From the NCBI GenBank assembly GCA_000934665.2, contig KZ538022.1, forward strand, positions 124,001 to 184,452: a stretch of DNA of 60,452 nt, written 5' to 3'. A program made the translations under genes and the position numbers. This document shows, in pieces, positions 11,355 through 24,261 of this stretch. The notes under the pieces are model-generated. The model was not told where the DNA came from, made no database searches, and saw only the letters and a list, made by a program, of their open reading frames with translations. The DNA comes from Catajapyx aquilonaris. Lineage: Eukaryota. Position 1 is the first letter of the stretch. Each line of letters begins with the position of its first letter.

Positions 11355-14300
11355 CTTGTTTGCTTCTGTGGTTCAACTTCCACATGTGTTGTTTTCTGTT
11401 TCCGATTGACATCAGTGGCAAACAAACATGTCAGTTTAACTAATACGCTATTAATGCATTGTCATTAATCGAAACCTGGATTAGTCACGCACGTGGTGGA
11501 CCACACATTGAGAGTCACTGGCTATAGCTTTGAATGGTTAGGGAGATCCGGAAGTGAAACCAACGCCGCAAACATGATTGTCAAACTGACTGCGCCTCAT
11601 TTGATCTCTGCAAACATTTCACTTGAAAACTTTACAACAGGTAGAAGCAAGATTAATGAAAGTGTATGTGCGCCTATACTGATGTATGACCGTGACAGCC
11701 AATTCCAAAAAGTAATTTTCCCAGGTATACTGTGATGTTAATTTATTGGGCGAGCGGCGGACCGTGCGTTACGCGATTAATGCGTTTTAATGCCGAAGGC
11801 TCGGTTCGGTCTAATTCGACTATGAAAAATGGATACGCATTGCCTTTGAATCATAGAGTGTATAGAGGCAGGTATTCATCCGATGAAAAAAAAAATTGAG
11901 CACAAAAACAACAAAGTGCATGTGCACTAAAAATGCACACAAAATTGAATCGCAAAATTCTGTTATACAGTGCATCAAAAACTGTTTCAATGCGTTACAA
12001 ACACAGTTTTATGGAATAAAATGAACTGTCACATTTTATATTTCTTATAATTTAATTTTTCCCTATAGTACTTTTGTGCAAGTGTCACACACATGTATAT
12101 CTAATGATTTAATGAAATCTGACGCTCAACCCGCAATGTACATTTTGATCATTTATTACAGAGCGCTGGTACTGCACTGTCAGCAATAGTAAAATTCAAT
12201 ATCACAGTTTCAATGCGAAAAGCGCGGTCATTTTGCAGCAACACTCTTCATTATACCTCGTACTTCAATAATTGCTTTAAGTAAAATCCGATTTAGAATT
12301 ATAACTCTTTATGAATATGCAGTATTGTTACCTAACAGAGGCAATGCTTTGCGTCATAATCGGATTTTTACTTCTACAGTACATGACTCCAACATGTACA
12401 GTTTCTTGCTCATGGTTGCATCTGGCTCGTGAATTTGACCAAATATACTGTACTAGACAATTTCAATAAAATTAAAATAGTGCATTTCGACTACTGTTCT
12501 TAGAATATAAATCGGTTTCAGTAACACTTCTCATTATTCCAAAGTAAAAGAAAGTGTTTCTCTTTCTGAGAGACTAATGACGTCTGAACTTTTCTAATAC
12601 CTGGGACTTATCCTTTCTAATTAAACAAAAAATGGTATTGACGACGTCAGAGTTGCGCACCAGGTGCTTGCTAGTGTATTGTCATGATTGTATCAATATA
12701 GTTAGCAAAATTATACTTGTATAATCAGGAAAATTCGCAATATATTTCGTACATTACTGATTAATCGCTTGCAGGTTAAGCCTAATGTCGCATGACCTAC
12801 TAACCAAACAATATCATCATTCCTGTCTTACAGTAATGTGCAATTTCAGCAACATGCTGCGTTCTGGTTCCGCCCGTCTGTTTCAGTATTTGCCTGCAGA
12901 ACTGTACTGCACATTTGCAATTGTTACGTCTGAAGGGCATGTCGCTGTAATTAACAGGTATGAACTTCAATTTGGATCCAGACAGCCGTACAAACTATAC
13001 ATTTCCACATATTTAATACGCGGTGTACCCCATGTGTAACGCAATGTAGTGCCTAAAGAACAATTTTAATGTAAATGAACATACTGTAATTATATTCATT
13101 AGCCATTGTGAAATTATTAGCATGTATGCCCTTTCCAAGTAATTATAACTCTTAATTAAACTCACCTAAAATAGCGCCATTAGTGACAAGAGGTCAAAAC
13201 TGACCCCCTTCAATCCAAATATATGTGTAACTGTGCCTTTTCTGACATGATTTTGCACAGTGAACAGCCCTATTTGACCCACACCAAACATACCGGTACC
13301 TATAAAAATGCAGCCTGTCATTAATTTAAATATTTTCAAACCGTCTGACGATTCAATCAGTAAACTTACAATTGGGTCGACCCCACCGAATCAATATAAT
13401 AAAATTAAAAGGTTCCAGGTCCTTGCCCCTTATCCTATCAAATGCGTCAAAGCCATCCATTAGAGTCAATTTTTCGGAGAGTTCAGCTAACCCAGCCCTC
13501 CCGTATCGCATATCTATGGGCCACCGAAACGAAACCAAATATGTGAACTGGGCATCAGCCGTGATGAGAAGGGAGTCGTGTTCCAAGTGTTCAAGAGAAC
13601 GTGAGCGATGGAACAAATTACAGTTTCCAATAAGGGGCCAGGCAGCGTTGGGTGGTTAGGATGGGAGGGGGGATGCTGCTGCTGGAGTCGTATCTTTTCT
13701 GGCCGGCTCCAAATGGTTGCAAGGCACACAACTTACTGTCGGCCGCAGCAGCTAATAAAATTGATCCTGAACACAATAATTGACGTTAATATCTTATTTC
13801 GGGTTCCAAGGGCAGGAAATATATAGGGGAGGCCAGCAGGCTGAACACTGATCATACGTGGTTGATTGTACTGCACATATTGCAGGTTATATTTTTCACT
13901 AGCTCACTTGGAAGCATCTGGGGGTAATTTTCCACAATCTCTGGAGCATATCAAGTCATGCATAAATATATAAACTAATTTCCAGATGCAAATACTACTG
14001 TAGAAAACAGGTAATCCAACTCTGGGCAATTTAGAATTTTTATGCGCAACCTTTTTTTCCCCCCTTTGTTACGTTATTCTGAGATATTTTTCATTACATT
14101 CCAGCTCGCTCCGGCTCCCCACTTGATGATGCCAGATAAATCAAAATGACTACACATTTTCATAAAATTTTCTCCGCATAATAACACAAAGGGACGGGGG
14201 GCAAACCATGGCGAAAAAGGGGCAGACCCTGAAGGCGTAAATCCCCTACCAAGAAGAGAATCAGAAGGATTTTTATTGAAAAGTTCAGACTTTTCCTTCC

Positions 14301-17300
14301 CCCCATTCCCACTGTGGGAACTTTGTCTTTTTACGACCGGGGCCGCTGGGGGTTTTTTGGGGACGGTTATTGTCTCCTCAGCACCAAGACTCATTTTGGT
14401 CCTATGACCAAAAACCCAAGGGTTCAAGACCTATATCCACTACTGAGCGAAAAAAGAAGACACCGCAACATTTGTGTGGAAAAAATAGTTGGGATTTTTT
14501 TTTTTTTCGTTTTGTCGAGCATGTTCCTGACAAATAGTCCATTAGGAGCTGGGCCGTTGATTGAAGTGATTTAATGGCTATTTTCTGGGCCCGGATCCAA
14601 CATGTGTCAAGAAGAGTGACGAAGCCTTCCGTGGGGGTTGGGTCAACCTCCTTCAAAAAAGAGACGGAGACTTTTTGGAAACTCCCTTGGCGTGCTTGCC
14701 AACCTTTCCGGTGAAAACTGAGGTTGAAAGCACTCTTACTTATTGCTGTTGGTCACTTTGACCTCAATAAGCCGATCATGAATTTGGCACAGTTCTGCTA
14801 GTAAAAGTTTGAAAATTGACATCGACAAGTTGCATTTACCCTAAAAATGAGTGAAGCCCACTAGGGATCTAAAAAGTTTTGCTGTTCACTATACACAAAC
14901 AAGGTTCGTTTTATTTTCGAGTTAGCCAATTATTTCCTGGTATATAAAAAAGGGTGCCCACAAATCGGGCATAAATTCGGCGAGTAATTTAGACATAAAT
15001 TAGCACCAAAAGCATACGTATAATCTCCAGGGACGGGCATCGATTAAAGTACTAATAATATCGCCATACTGTCCTGTCGGATTAGTCCGGATCTACCTGC
15101 AACCCAGTTTAGTGATGTAATCATTCCCCCCACCCCACCCCCCACGAATTTACATGTAAATTATAACCGCCAATAAATAATATACTGTCCCCGATATTCA
15201 CGGATGTTCGTTGCCCATTTACTGTGCCTAAAGCTCTCCCAAAATTTTGAGCCGCCGCCATATTTCGGCCCACAAACGAGTAAATATGCATCGGTGAAAG
15301 TGTCAACAGGTAGGGAATATATGAACAATTACAGCCATTAGTTAATTAGGGTCCGCCAAAATCATATCACGCTGGACGTGACATCATGTAACTCGATTCC
15401 GGATATATGCGCAGTCCAAACCGATTGTTTACTCCAGCAACCCGGTCCTTATATAGAACAAAAACATACGGGTTCGAACTTTGAATCGTCACACGTTTTA
15501 CTTGCGTTTTATCTATTCCATGTTTCTATAGATAAGAACGAAGAGAATTTATTCTCGAATCATCGTCGTCACCCAAACGACAGGCATCTCGCACCTAATA
15601 CCAGCCTTTTATGGGACAATAAAAATGCTCCGGGCCTTTAAGTTTTATCTCGAGGAACTTCCACACGCGCTTTTTTTTACGCTTCCTTTTTCTTTTCTTT
15701 TTTCTCGGAGAGAGCAATAAATAAAATTAAAAGAACGCGGGGAGAGTGTAGGCGGAAGCTGCGGAGGGGGTTTAACTTACAGGTTTACATGTCTATGCGA
15801 CAGCGTGTAATACACGTTTTGGACGTGAGCAGCATGGAGCTTTGGGCTACAAAATTATGTGCTTTAAAGTGCCTGCTGCACCTTCTTAAATATTTCAGTA
15901 CTAGTATTATACCGACGCAATGTCAAAAAATAATTGTGCTTGTTCACAATTTTCGTACAGTTCCAGCAGAAACGATCATTATCCAATTCCTAAGTACACA
16001 TCATTAAAATCGGTGATTTGACCAACTTTCTTCAAACTAAAGTTGAGCAAACTTATAAGGACTGTTCAGAGAGACTGAAAAAATATATTTCTAGACATAT
16101 ATCTTTCAGCTGTACGCCCTGTTCTATTCTGGTCTGAAGCCCCCTCAGGAAATCTATTGAAGTTGGGAGAGAGACTATAATGCAAGAGATGTACAATTTT
16201 CTTTTCTGGTCTGGGCACAATGCGGCACAAAAAGCCCACGGGAGGTCAGATTCACGCCCGCGCTTGTTTTGTTGTCAAACGCACCTTCAGGACACTTTTA
16301 CGATAACAAACGATGAACCTTTAACAAAAATACTTTGGTGCTCCGGCACACCCAGAAAGCGACACAACTGGTCTCCAAAACACGGGTAATTTGGTGCGAG
16401 AAAAGAAAAGCATCCTCCCTCTTTTCTGTGAAACCAGTTTCATTGAACAGGTTTCAAGACTCTTGCAGATCTTGGCTGCAATTAACTCCGTTCCAATAGT
16501 TAGAGAAATCACTTTTGAAATATTCAATTGTACCGTTAGGTTTGCCGAAGAAAATGTATTCACCCACTCGAATTAAGCCGCACTATTTTAATTATTTAGA
16601 GCAGCAACGACTTAAATGCCAGGCTTCCAACAGCAATAAATGTATATCCAAGTAGGTTAAACCCATCGCAGTATATCTGGCTAGAGGAAAAAGAAAACGC
16701 GTTGTCCTCCATTCAGAGTCATTAGTCTCATACTGAATGGACAGCGGGTGACGCCATAACACTTCATTTATTTTCAGAGGAATCCACATCACTCAATCTG
16801 GAATGTCTGCTACCCAAACATCCGCTCTCATCTTACGAACAATTTTTCAATAGACGAGTTGTAATAGGATCGGGTAGTCCATTGTTCAAGTCCTCAGTTT
16901 AATATATAGGTAAAGTACTATACACAAAGTAGGTATAGGGTCTCATGTGTCCGAAGTTGCCAAACCGCGTGGCGACTGAAAAGGCTTTCTTATATGACAC
17001 TAATGACGCCGGCTGGGTGGGGGAAAAAAAGAAACGGGAGATGGTAATTAGGAAGGTGAGGAAATTAAGAAAATGAGCGGAGTAAAGAAAAAAAATGCAT
17101 CCGAAGCAGAAAATCACGGGGTGCAATCAAGAGCTAGCTCATTAAGCCTGGAACCGAGATCCCAGACTGAAATGGCCTCTCTTCAAGCCATGAGCTGCCA
17201 TGTTCCGGATGGAAACTTTTCGGTATCCGCGCCTCAACTACCCGGAATTTCCGGCTTTTTAAAAAAAAACCTCGAACGCGGCATGGTTGAGGAGGGTAAT

Positions 17301-19831
17301 GACGCGCCTTGGGCGTCAGCTGTTTCTACAACCGATGCCCACCAGCAGAGAGAGTCTCTTTTGCTCTTTCTCTTTCAAATACACCTCTCTCTGTGCTTCC
17401 CCCCCTCCAAGTCATCAAAGGTCTTAACTGAATTACGCTGCAAGGTGCTACATGCTCCTTTCCAAAGTGCTTCAAACTATCGCAGCCAGGATGCCAACAC
17501 GACCGTTTGCAACTTTACGTAAGAACCGAAACACAAATCCGCTTATGATTTTTACAACTTCCTACTGGAACCGGACTAGACCAGGTCCACTTTTTCTTGA
17601 TACTGATCCTTCCTTTTTCTTTACGTGTTTCAAGCTCTTCAAGTGGATGTGTGAACAGGCTTGGTGTTATATTGAAAGCGGAGTGTGAACGAGCCCTTTA
17701 AATCTTGGCAAAAGTGCAGTGGTATACCCATGCAACTCAGCGCTTCCCCCAGAAATAGTTTCAGCTTTCGCAGAATCTGCCATTTTTTACCAGCCTCCTG
17801 TATTTATTAGGTTCCAACAACGCGCCTTCTTTTTTTTCCTTCTTTTCTTTTTTGCATTTTTTTCTCGGTCAGCGACGGAATCCTCCGCTTTTAGTTGAGA
17901 TTCAGGCTGGGGTTTCCGCTCACCTCAAATCGCCATTCTCCTCAGAAAAGGAAAAAAGCTCGTGACTCGGTTTCGAAAAAATCCGCACCGATTCATGGAC
18001 ACAGAAGCGACAACTGCGGCAATCAATGTTATCAGCCCGGAGGAAAGGCTTTTTTTTGACTTACTTCCAACGTTACTCTTTCGCTTTTCTTTATTTTTTT
18101 ATTTTCTATCGCTTTTCTTGCGATTGGAACTTGTTTTCTTCCACACTCTTTTTTTTTCGACCATCGATTGTCGTTTTTATTCCGCGTGATTCTACAGTTT
18201 TGGCACGATCATTTTCCATTTTCGCCATTCGAAAAAGAGGCGCAAAAGAAACGCTTCAATAACTGCGTGCAGTTGATCGCTGCCCATAATAAAATAACTC
18301 CCAAGATTTAAAGTCGCAGTCACACAACCGCTTCTCTTCACAGGTGAGAAATTTCAGCTTTTTTCCCCATTTTTCTGATATTCCGGACCCTTTCGCCCAA
18401 GAAATCGTAAAAAAACACATTAATATTTGATGTATTAAAATTCGAAGAAATTGCTACATTTAATATTTCATTTTGTAATTTTAGGATATAATGTTACAAA
18501 AAAATGAAATACACTGAATCAAAATAACAATTACAGATAAATTAAAATGAAGTATCATTGACCAAAAAAATCGTGTAAAATGAAATATAATTTTAAATTA
18601 AATATAAAAGGCCCGGTTTGTTTTGCAAATGGACTAGTTCCTCTTAGGTGCCACGTAAATGCCCCAAACTGGACCTGATCTAGACCGAGCTGTGTAAATG
18701 GATTGAATTCAGACACGCTTCCTTTTAAAATGCAAAAAATTTGAAAAATGTGCCCATAAGTGAACAGGCCGTAAGCGACTAATGACGTAACGTGCAAGGA
18801 AGAAATAGCTGGAAATTCTTTCTGTCTCCGGTCAAGCGCTACTTCCGCCCAAAAATCTTCCTAATTGGCAGGATCCATCAGAGCCGGGAGAATTTATTCC
18901 AGTCCACCTAAAAGGATTTTTCTGTCACCGAAGCATGCATCTCGTTAATTATTAAGAAGAAGCAACATCCGTTCCTTTTTTTTTTAAGCCTGAGAAGAGG
19001 ACATATTTTTGACTGGCTAATAGGTCTATTTGAAAACACCGCGTGTCGCCTCTAAAACCATCACCTGCGAGTCAACTAGGAATAATCGCAGGGGAGGTCT
19101 GGCCATAAATTAATTGCCCAGTACCTAGTAGTAATTATTACGTCCATTCCGACTATTCCGGTTTGCCTTTCTAGTCCCCACCGTCTGCCACGTAAAACTG
19201 TCATTGAGGATTTTCTTCTTCGGTACTAAGTGACTGCTCGCAACCTATATATTTTAGCCGCTAGTTTGGCCCTAGCTGGCTGCCTTCCAGATCAAAATGT
19301 GCCACCTGGTCCACTTAGCATTCACACTCAGTTTTTAAATTTAGAGCCTTCCTCCATCACACACTCGGTGTCGTGTTGCAACTCCCTGGACATATTTTGG
19401 ACTTGAAAGACACATGTTGCACCAGACTAATATACAGCTCGTGACGAAAGACAGCTCGCATATGTGCAAAACTTGAAAGGTTGGTGCCCGGTGTCTCAAG
19501 TTATACTGTTCAGTTTGAGAAAGTAAAAACTGCGTATACTGTAAATTCGGAGTACAAATTACCGTAAACCTCTGTGTAAATACGAGAAGGCCTATACCAG
19601 CACATATCATTCAAATCTGCAAAGTTCAGCAGAGAAAATTTGTTAGTAACAGGTATTTAGAGCATTCGCCGTTACTTAGAGCAGTCAGGTCATAATAACT
19701 GTTACTTATAGCAGCGATAATAATGGCTACAATTTATTCAGCTTTGTGAATGCGAAGTTGCCACATTTCTATCAGAACAATAACTTATTCCACGGGAAGA
19801 ATCAGAGCTGATTCAGAAATACAGTATATCA

Positions 19832-20083
19832 CTAGCAGGGAACCCGTTCTTCGAACAGTGATTGACAAATAAAAGAAATCTGTGCCACAGGAGCAAACAT
19901 CATAAAAAATCTAAATTTTGTGTATTTAGACTCAAAAAAGTGCAGTTTCCCCTTTTCCCCTAAATCAGCGGCATGGTCAGTGTGCCAAGTTTCAGCATTC
20001 TCAGTACGTTTCTGGAAGTGGATTAGGTAGCCGTGACATACATAAATAGCAACAAACTTTCTGCTTTATATAATTATGTACGA
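19832..20083 (-). mobile_element. Intact non-autonomous Helitron (252 bp)
   Basis: The minus strand begins a|TCgtacataattatataaagcagaaagtttgttgc...tatgtatgtcac...gctgaaacttggcac. It ends with the hairpin ctgttcgaagaacgg, then gttccctgCTAG|t. This gives a 5' TC, a 3' hairpin plus CTAG, insertion between A and T, and no TSD. Confidence 0.8.
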
Positions 20084-21287
20084 TAGGGCCATACCCCCCT
20101 ACGCGGAGATTATTTGATCCGTCTCTATATGGCAAAGTTCCGAAATCTCAGCATGATGCGGCCTAACCGGAGAGAGAAGAAAAATATTAAATGTCCATTA
20201 CAGCAAGATAGGAGAAGGCTCAGAATTCAAGCCGACCAAAATCCCTTAAAATGAAGTTTCGGAAAGCTGAAACACACCCATTCCTCCCTCGGATATATCC
20301 AACAGTCATCAGAGCTTCTTTTATTCCTTCCTTTTCTTCGCCGCCCCGGAAATCGGGCAACTTTCTTCTTAGAGAGAGACATGGCTCTCTCTTTTTCTAT
20401 CCAAGAGTCCCACAATGGGTGAGAGTATAGGCGGGGATCCATTTTTTTATTTTTTTATTAGAAATGTTCCAGGAGAGCGGCTCTGAAAAGAAGGACCCCC
20501 CCCTAGGTAGGTGGGGGGGAGTTTCCTCCGAGCAGATTGGCAGGCCTGATCCATCTGGCTTGCAGCCTGCACCCAGGCCATTGTTCCATTACAACAAGGC
20601 CTTATTCCCTGCCGGCGCAATAAGGCCTAATAAAGGCCTTTTCCCCTCCCTCCCAATGAGAAGGAGAGCTCGTTTTCTCCCCAGAACCCAATTGGCTCTC
20701 AATGGACCTTAGCAGAAGGAGGGAAAGGAATTTTGTGGACGGAAATGACCAAGTTCCGTGTCGGTTCGAGTGTCGATTCGGCTCCATCTGCCCAACAATA
20801 CGCTTCAGGTTAATAAGAATCAGGAGTTTGGAGAACACCGGATCATACTTTTTTTTTAAAGGGAGAAAGGGAGGGGGAAAAAATTCGGTTCAATTTCTAG
20901 CCCCGCTCCAGGGGAGTCGTTACCTAGTTTTGGAGAGAAAACTTTTCCAGGAATTTTGGGGGGGGTCAGTGACAGAAAATGAACGTTGGCTTTAAAACAC
21001 TGCCGGATTTTGCAAGTCCGGACCCGATATTTGCATGTTCTTGGCGTTTCATACAAAACCTTGCTCGAGGTCTAAACCTCAACGTAATGGTGTGCGAAAT
21101 TCGCGAATATTGCAATTTTATGATAATATGAAATGAGCGTGAGTAAATGCATATATTAAGCATGCTTTCATTTATTGCAGTTACCGGTATTATTAGTGCG
21201 ACTCAAAAAAATGGACATCGTCTGTAATCGCTATTAAAATCAGTATTAAAATTCAAAGAGGTTTCTGGCCCATTTTGTGGTCATATC

Positions 21288-21377
21288 TAATTCGGAAATG
21301 TGCAGAAAATGGCAACAGAGTAGCATAATAAAAAAATTATGCGACTCTGTTGCAAATTTCTGCAGATTTTCGCATTA
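21288..21377. repeat. 90-bp imperfect inverted repeat (hairpin), probably a MITE core
   Basis: taattcggaaatgtgcagaaaatggcaacagagtagcataat, an A-run loop, then attatgcgactctgttgcaaatttctgcagattttcgcatta; ~42-bp arms with few mismatches. Confidence 0.75.
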
Positions 21378-24006
21378 CAACTTAGTTGAAGTGACTCGTT
21401 CGAACCCTGACAAATCCAGCTTGAACTAAATGGACCGAACAATTTCACCGCTTCAGAATTTACTTTCTGCAGCAGTTAAACTCAAGCAGGAGAATTGGAG
21501 CAAATGCCATCAAGTAAACCGCCTTAAAACCCCCATGGTTAGTTTAACCGCAACTAACATCTGTAGTGACATACAGTATGCGCGCACAATTTTTTTTTGT
21601 CTATAAAACACATTAGAGAGGCAGGAAATGCACGAGTTGAGCCACACTACTGAGTATGAAAAGCGGCCCTAAGGTTGTTCATCCAATTTGAGTGAAGTTT
21701 CCACTCGTGGATGCAGCGCCGATGGAAGGATACTTTTAAAAGCTCCTTCAGGCTGAAAAGCAGATTTTCCATCCAGCTCCAGCCACGGGTTTTCTCTCTC
21801 TACCTACCTACCTACCTATTTTTTTCTCTCTCTATCCAACAGCAGCACAGTTTGCAACCTATATACACACACCAGTTGGTTCACCTTTCCTTCCTCTCAG
21901 ATGCATTTATTCCATTATACCGCATGGCATACCCGGTTCTCCCCCACCGCTCAACAACTGACGTCACTTCTGGCTCCGGGAGAGAGAGGCCTTTGTCATG
22001 ATTAAATGGAGCTGTGCAACGTTAAAGGAGGTCCCGGGTTAATCCTCCCCACCAACTCTCCAACGTCCCCCCCTATACACACCCTTCAATGAGCCATGAG
22101 TGGGGAATACTTTATGCCACCGATCATGGGTTTACGATCTGACATGATGAGCGATTTTTTTTATTGCCAGCTGAACAACTTTTTGTGACACAGACAAAAG
22201 GGAGTTGAAGAGCTGACATCCAGAAGTATCAGTCACATTTTTTGTTAGATCTGGTCACGTTCGGTTAGGTTAGATTAGATGACATTACATTAGGTTAGAT
22301 TACAGGCAAGATGGAAGAGTGAACATGTAATGTAGGCGTAATTTAGTATTTTAGGAAGCTAGAATTATTTTAGAGGATGCGGATGTATCTAAAATGCAGC
22401 ACAAGGAAACAAACCTTCACATCTGAAAATCCATGGATTTAGCTCATATATTTCATATTTTTTTGGTACACTGTCGGATGTGTACAAACAACGGGTTTGA
22501 ATTTTTAGTGATTATGAGCGATGGCGTGGTGCGGATTCGGATTTGAGTATTACTAGCAGCAAATGGCGGAGATTAGTCTGTTGATTGATATGAAGTTTTC
22601 GCGTGCAAATATGTTCAGGGTGTAATCGTGAATAATTAGGGAATTAGTTCGCTGCCTGTTCGAAAGGTCACACAGTTTGACCCAGCAATTTGTAGAATTA
22701 CAGGCATTAGAATCACCAAATCCTGCATACGGGCCTTATATAATCCGTCATGAAAAAAGACCTTCCTATTATTTTCACGGGACACATTAAATTTTTAATT
22801 GAAATCTTGCTTAATTTTATCTGTATTTTCCTGTTCTCATTTTTGTAATCTGAATAGTGCTGAATTTGCAATTTCGCGATTTAAAACTCGACATTATAGA
22901 AGCCACGACTATAGTAACATTCGGCAGTATTATTTTAAATTTTAGTGGGAGTGGCACATGGTGTCCGATTTTTAGACCGACATATTGTTCAACTCACCTC
23001 ACCTTTAATGAATTGCTCTGCCAGCATTCATGATTTCCCCACCCTAATACCTCATTGCATTGAAAGGGTGCAACCAGTACTGTGCAATCATCCACAGTTA
23101 ATTATGAAGCCCGGAGAGGGACGAACTCAGACAAAATCAGGTCGGATCGCGCTCGGTATTATTTGTTAATTATCGCCAATATTAATATTTGCGAAATTAA
23201 TAATCATAATAATGCGTTCATTCTTCCATGGCAAAATCTAACCATGCAGGCATCTTTTTACTGCTGGAGTGAAAATATTTTGACCCGCCTAATAGCCATG
23301 TAGAGGACCTTTATCACTGTGAAAAAATGTACCCCCCCTCCCCTGATCTCCCCCCAATGTGTCTCCCCTCCGACTAAGTGCTGGCGCTATTAGGTCACGT
23401 GGCACGTCGCTATGGCGCCTATTATGCTACCATCTTGGCTAATTTGTCCGAGGGACAATGGCTGGGGAGAGGCAGCAGCCATGCCTGGAAATTCTCTTTT
23501 TTTCCCTCCCATCTCTTGTCCCAGGAGGGACTGCAGTGATGGTGGATTTTTGGTGGGGTCCTCTCTCCCTCCGCCCCAAAAAATGAGGAAGAGAAAGTTG
23601 GTGGTGCCATCAGTGGAATTGAGCGTCGCTGGACTGGAAGCGAAAGAGGTTGGAGGAACCCTCCTTTTGTTGCCTGGGTCCTAATCTTCGGAATCACTCG
23701 CCATACCTCCCCCCAATTTTTACCCCTCCCATAACGGATGGAGTGCACACAAAGAGTAGCTAAACAATCAGAGTGTGTCAACAATAGGAGGGGTAGCAAT
23801 TTTCCCATTCTCCGCCCCTATTTTTCGCACAGTTGGATGCGAAACCTTTCCAATTTAAAAAAAAAGCGAGCCATATGTGCACCCATTAATATATTTGGAG
23901 CATTTGGAGCAGATACACCAAAGTCAGCATAATATTGGCTACTACGTAATGTAACGCTGTATTTCCATTAGCTGCTCGGATTAAGCCAATAAATGAATGA
24001 TTTTTA

Positions 24007-24261
24007 CGAGCGCAACCGAGTGCGCGCCCACACTCGCGTAGCAACCGTTGACCATATCCCCCTTCTGAAGCGTAGCGTGGGAAATAAGTGCAGCGCAGTA
24101 CACCCACTATACGGAGAGCTTATCAACTATCATTGAAAATGATAACTGTGCAGGCTGCGCGAACTGGAGCCGTATACTCATCCAGGTCACTCACAATCGA
24201 CTTTGTCGATTGCGAGTGACCTGAGTATACGGCTCCTGTGGTGCGCACTAGGTTGCGATCG
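24007..24261 (+). mobile_element. TIR element (MITE), copy A; host of a nested 69-bp MITE
   Basis: TIRs ta|cgagcgcaaccgagtgcgc ... gcgcactaggttgcgatcg. The internal sequence (ggaaataagtgcagcg...cccactatacggagag) aligns with the reverse complement of 44874-45000. Confidence 0.7.
24167..24235. mobile_element. 69-bp PIF/Harbinger-like hairpin MITE with CTG target duplication
   Basis: ctg|gagccgtatactcatccaggtcactcacaatcgac-ttt-gtcgattgcgagtgacctgagtatacggctc|ctg. The paralogous host copy has a single ctg at this position (gcgaactgtgatgcgcac). Confidence 0.8.

Noticed and set aside
17073..17522. Longest track ORFs (also 6337-6774, 38540-38986, 46568-46981, 58596-59033)
   Set aside because: Low-complexity translations driven by homopolymers, no recognisable domains, and lengths compatible with chance in 60 kb.
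18330..18348. cttctcttcacAG|GTgaga ratchet-like site
   Set aside because: It is on the plus strand, where no transcription unit is evident.
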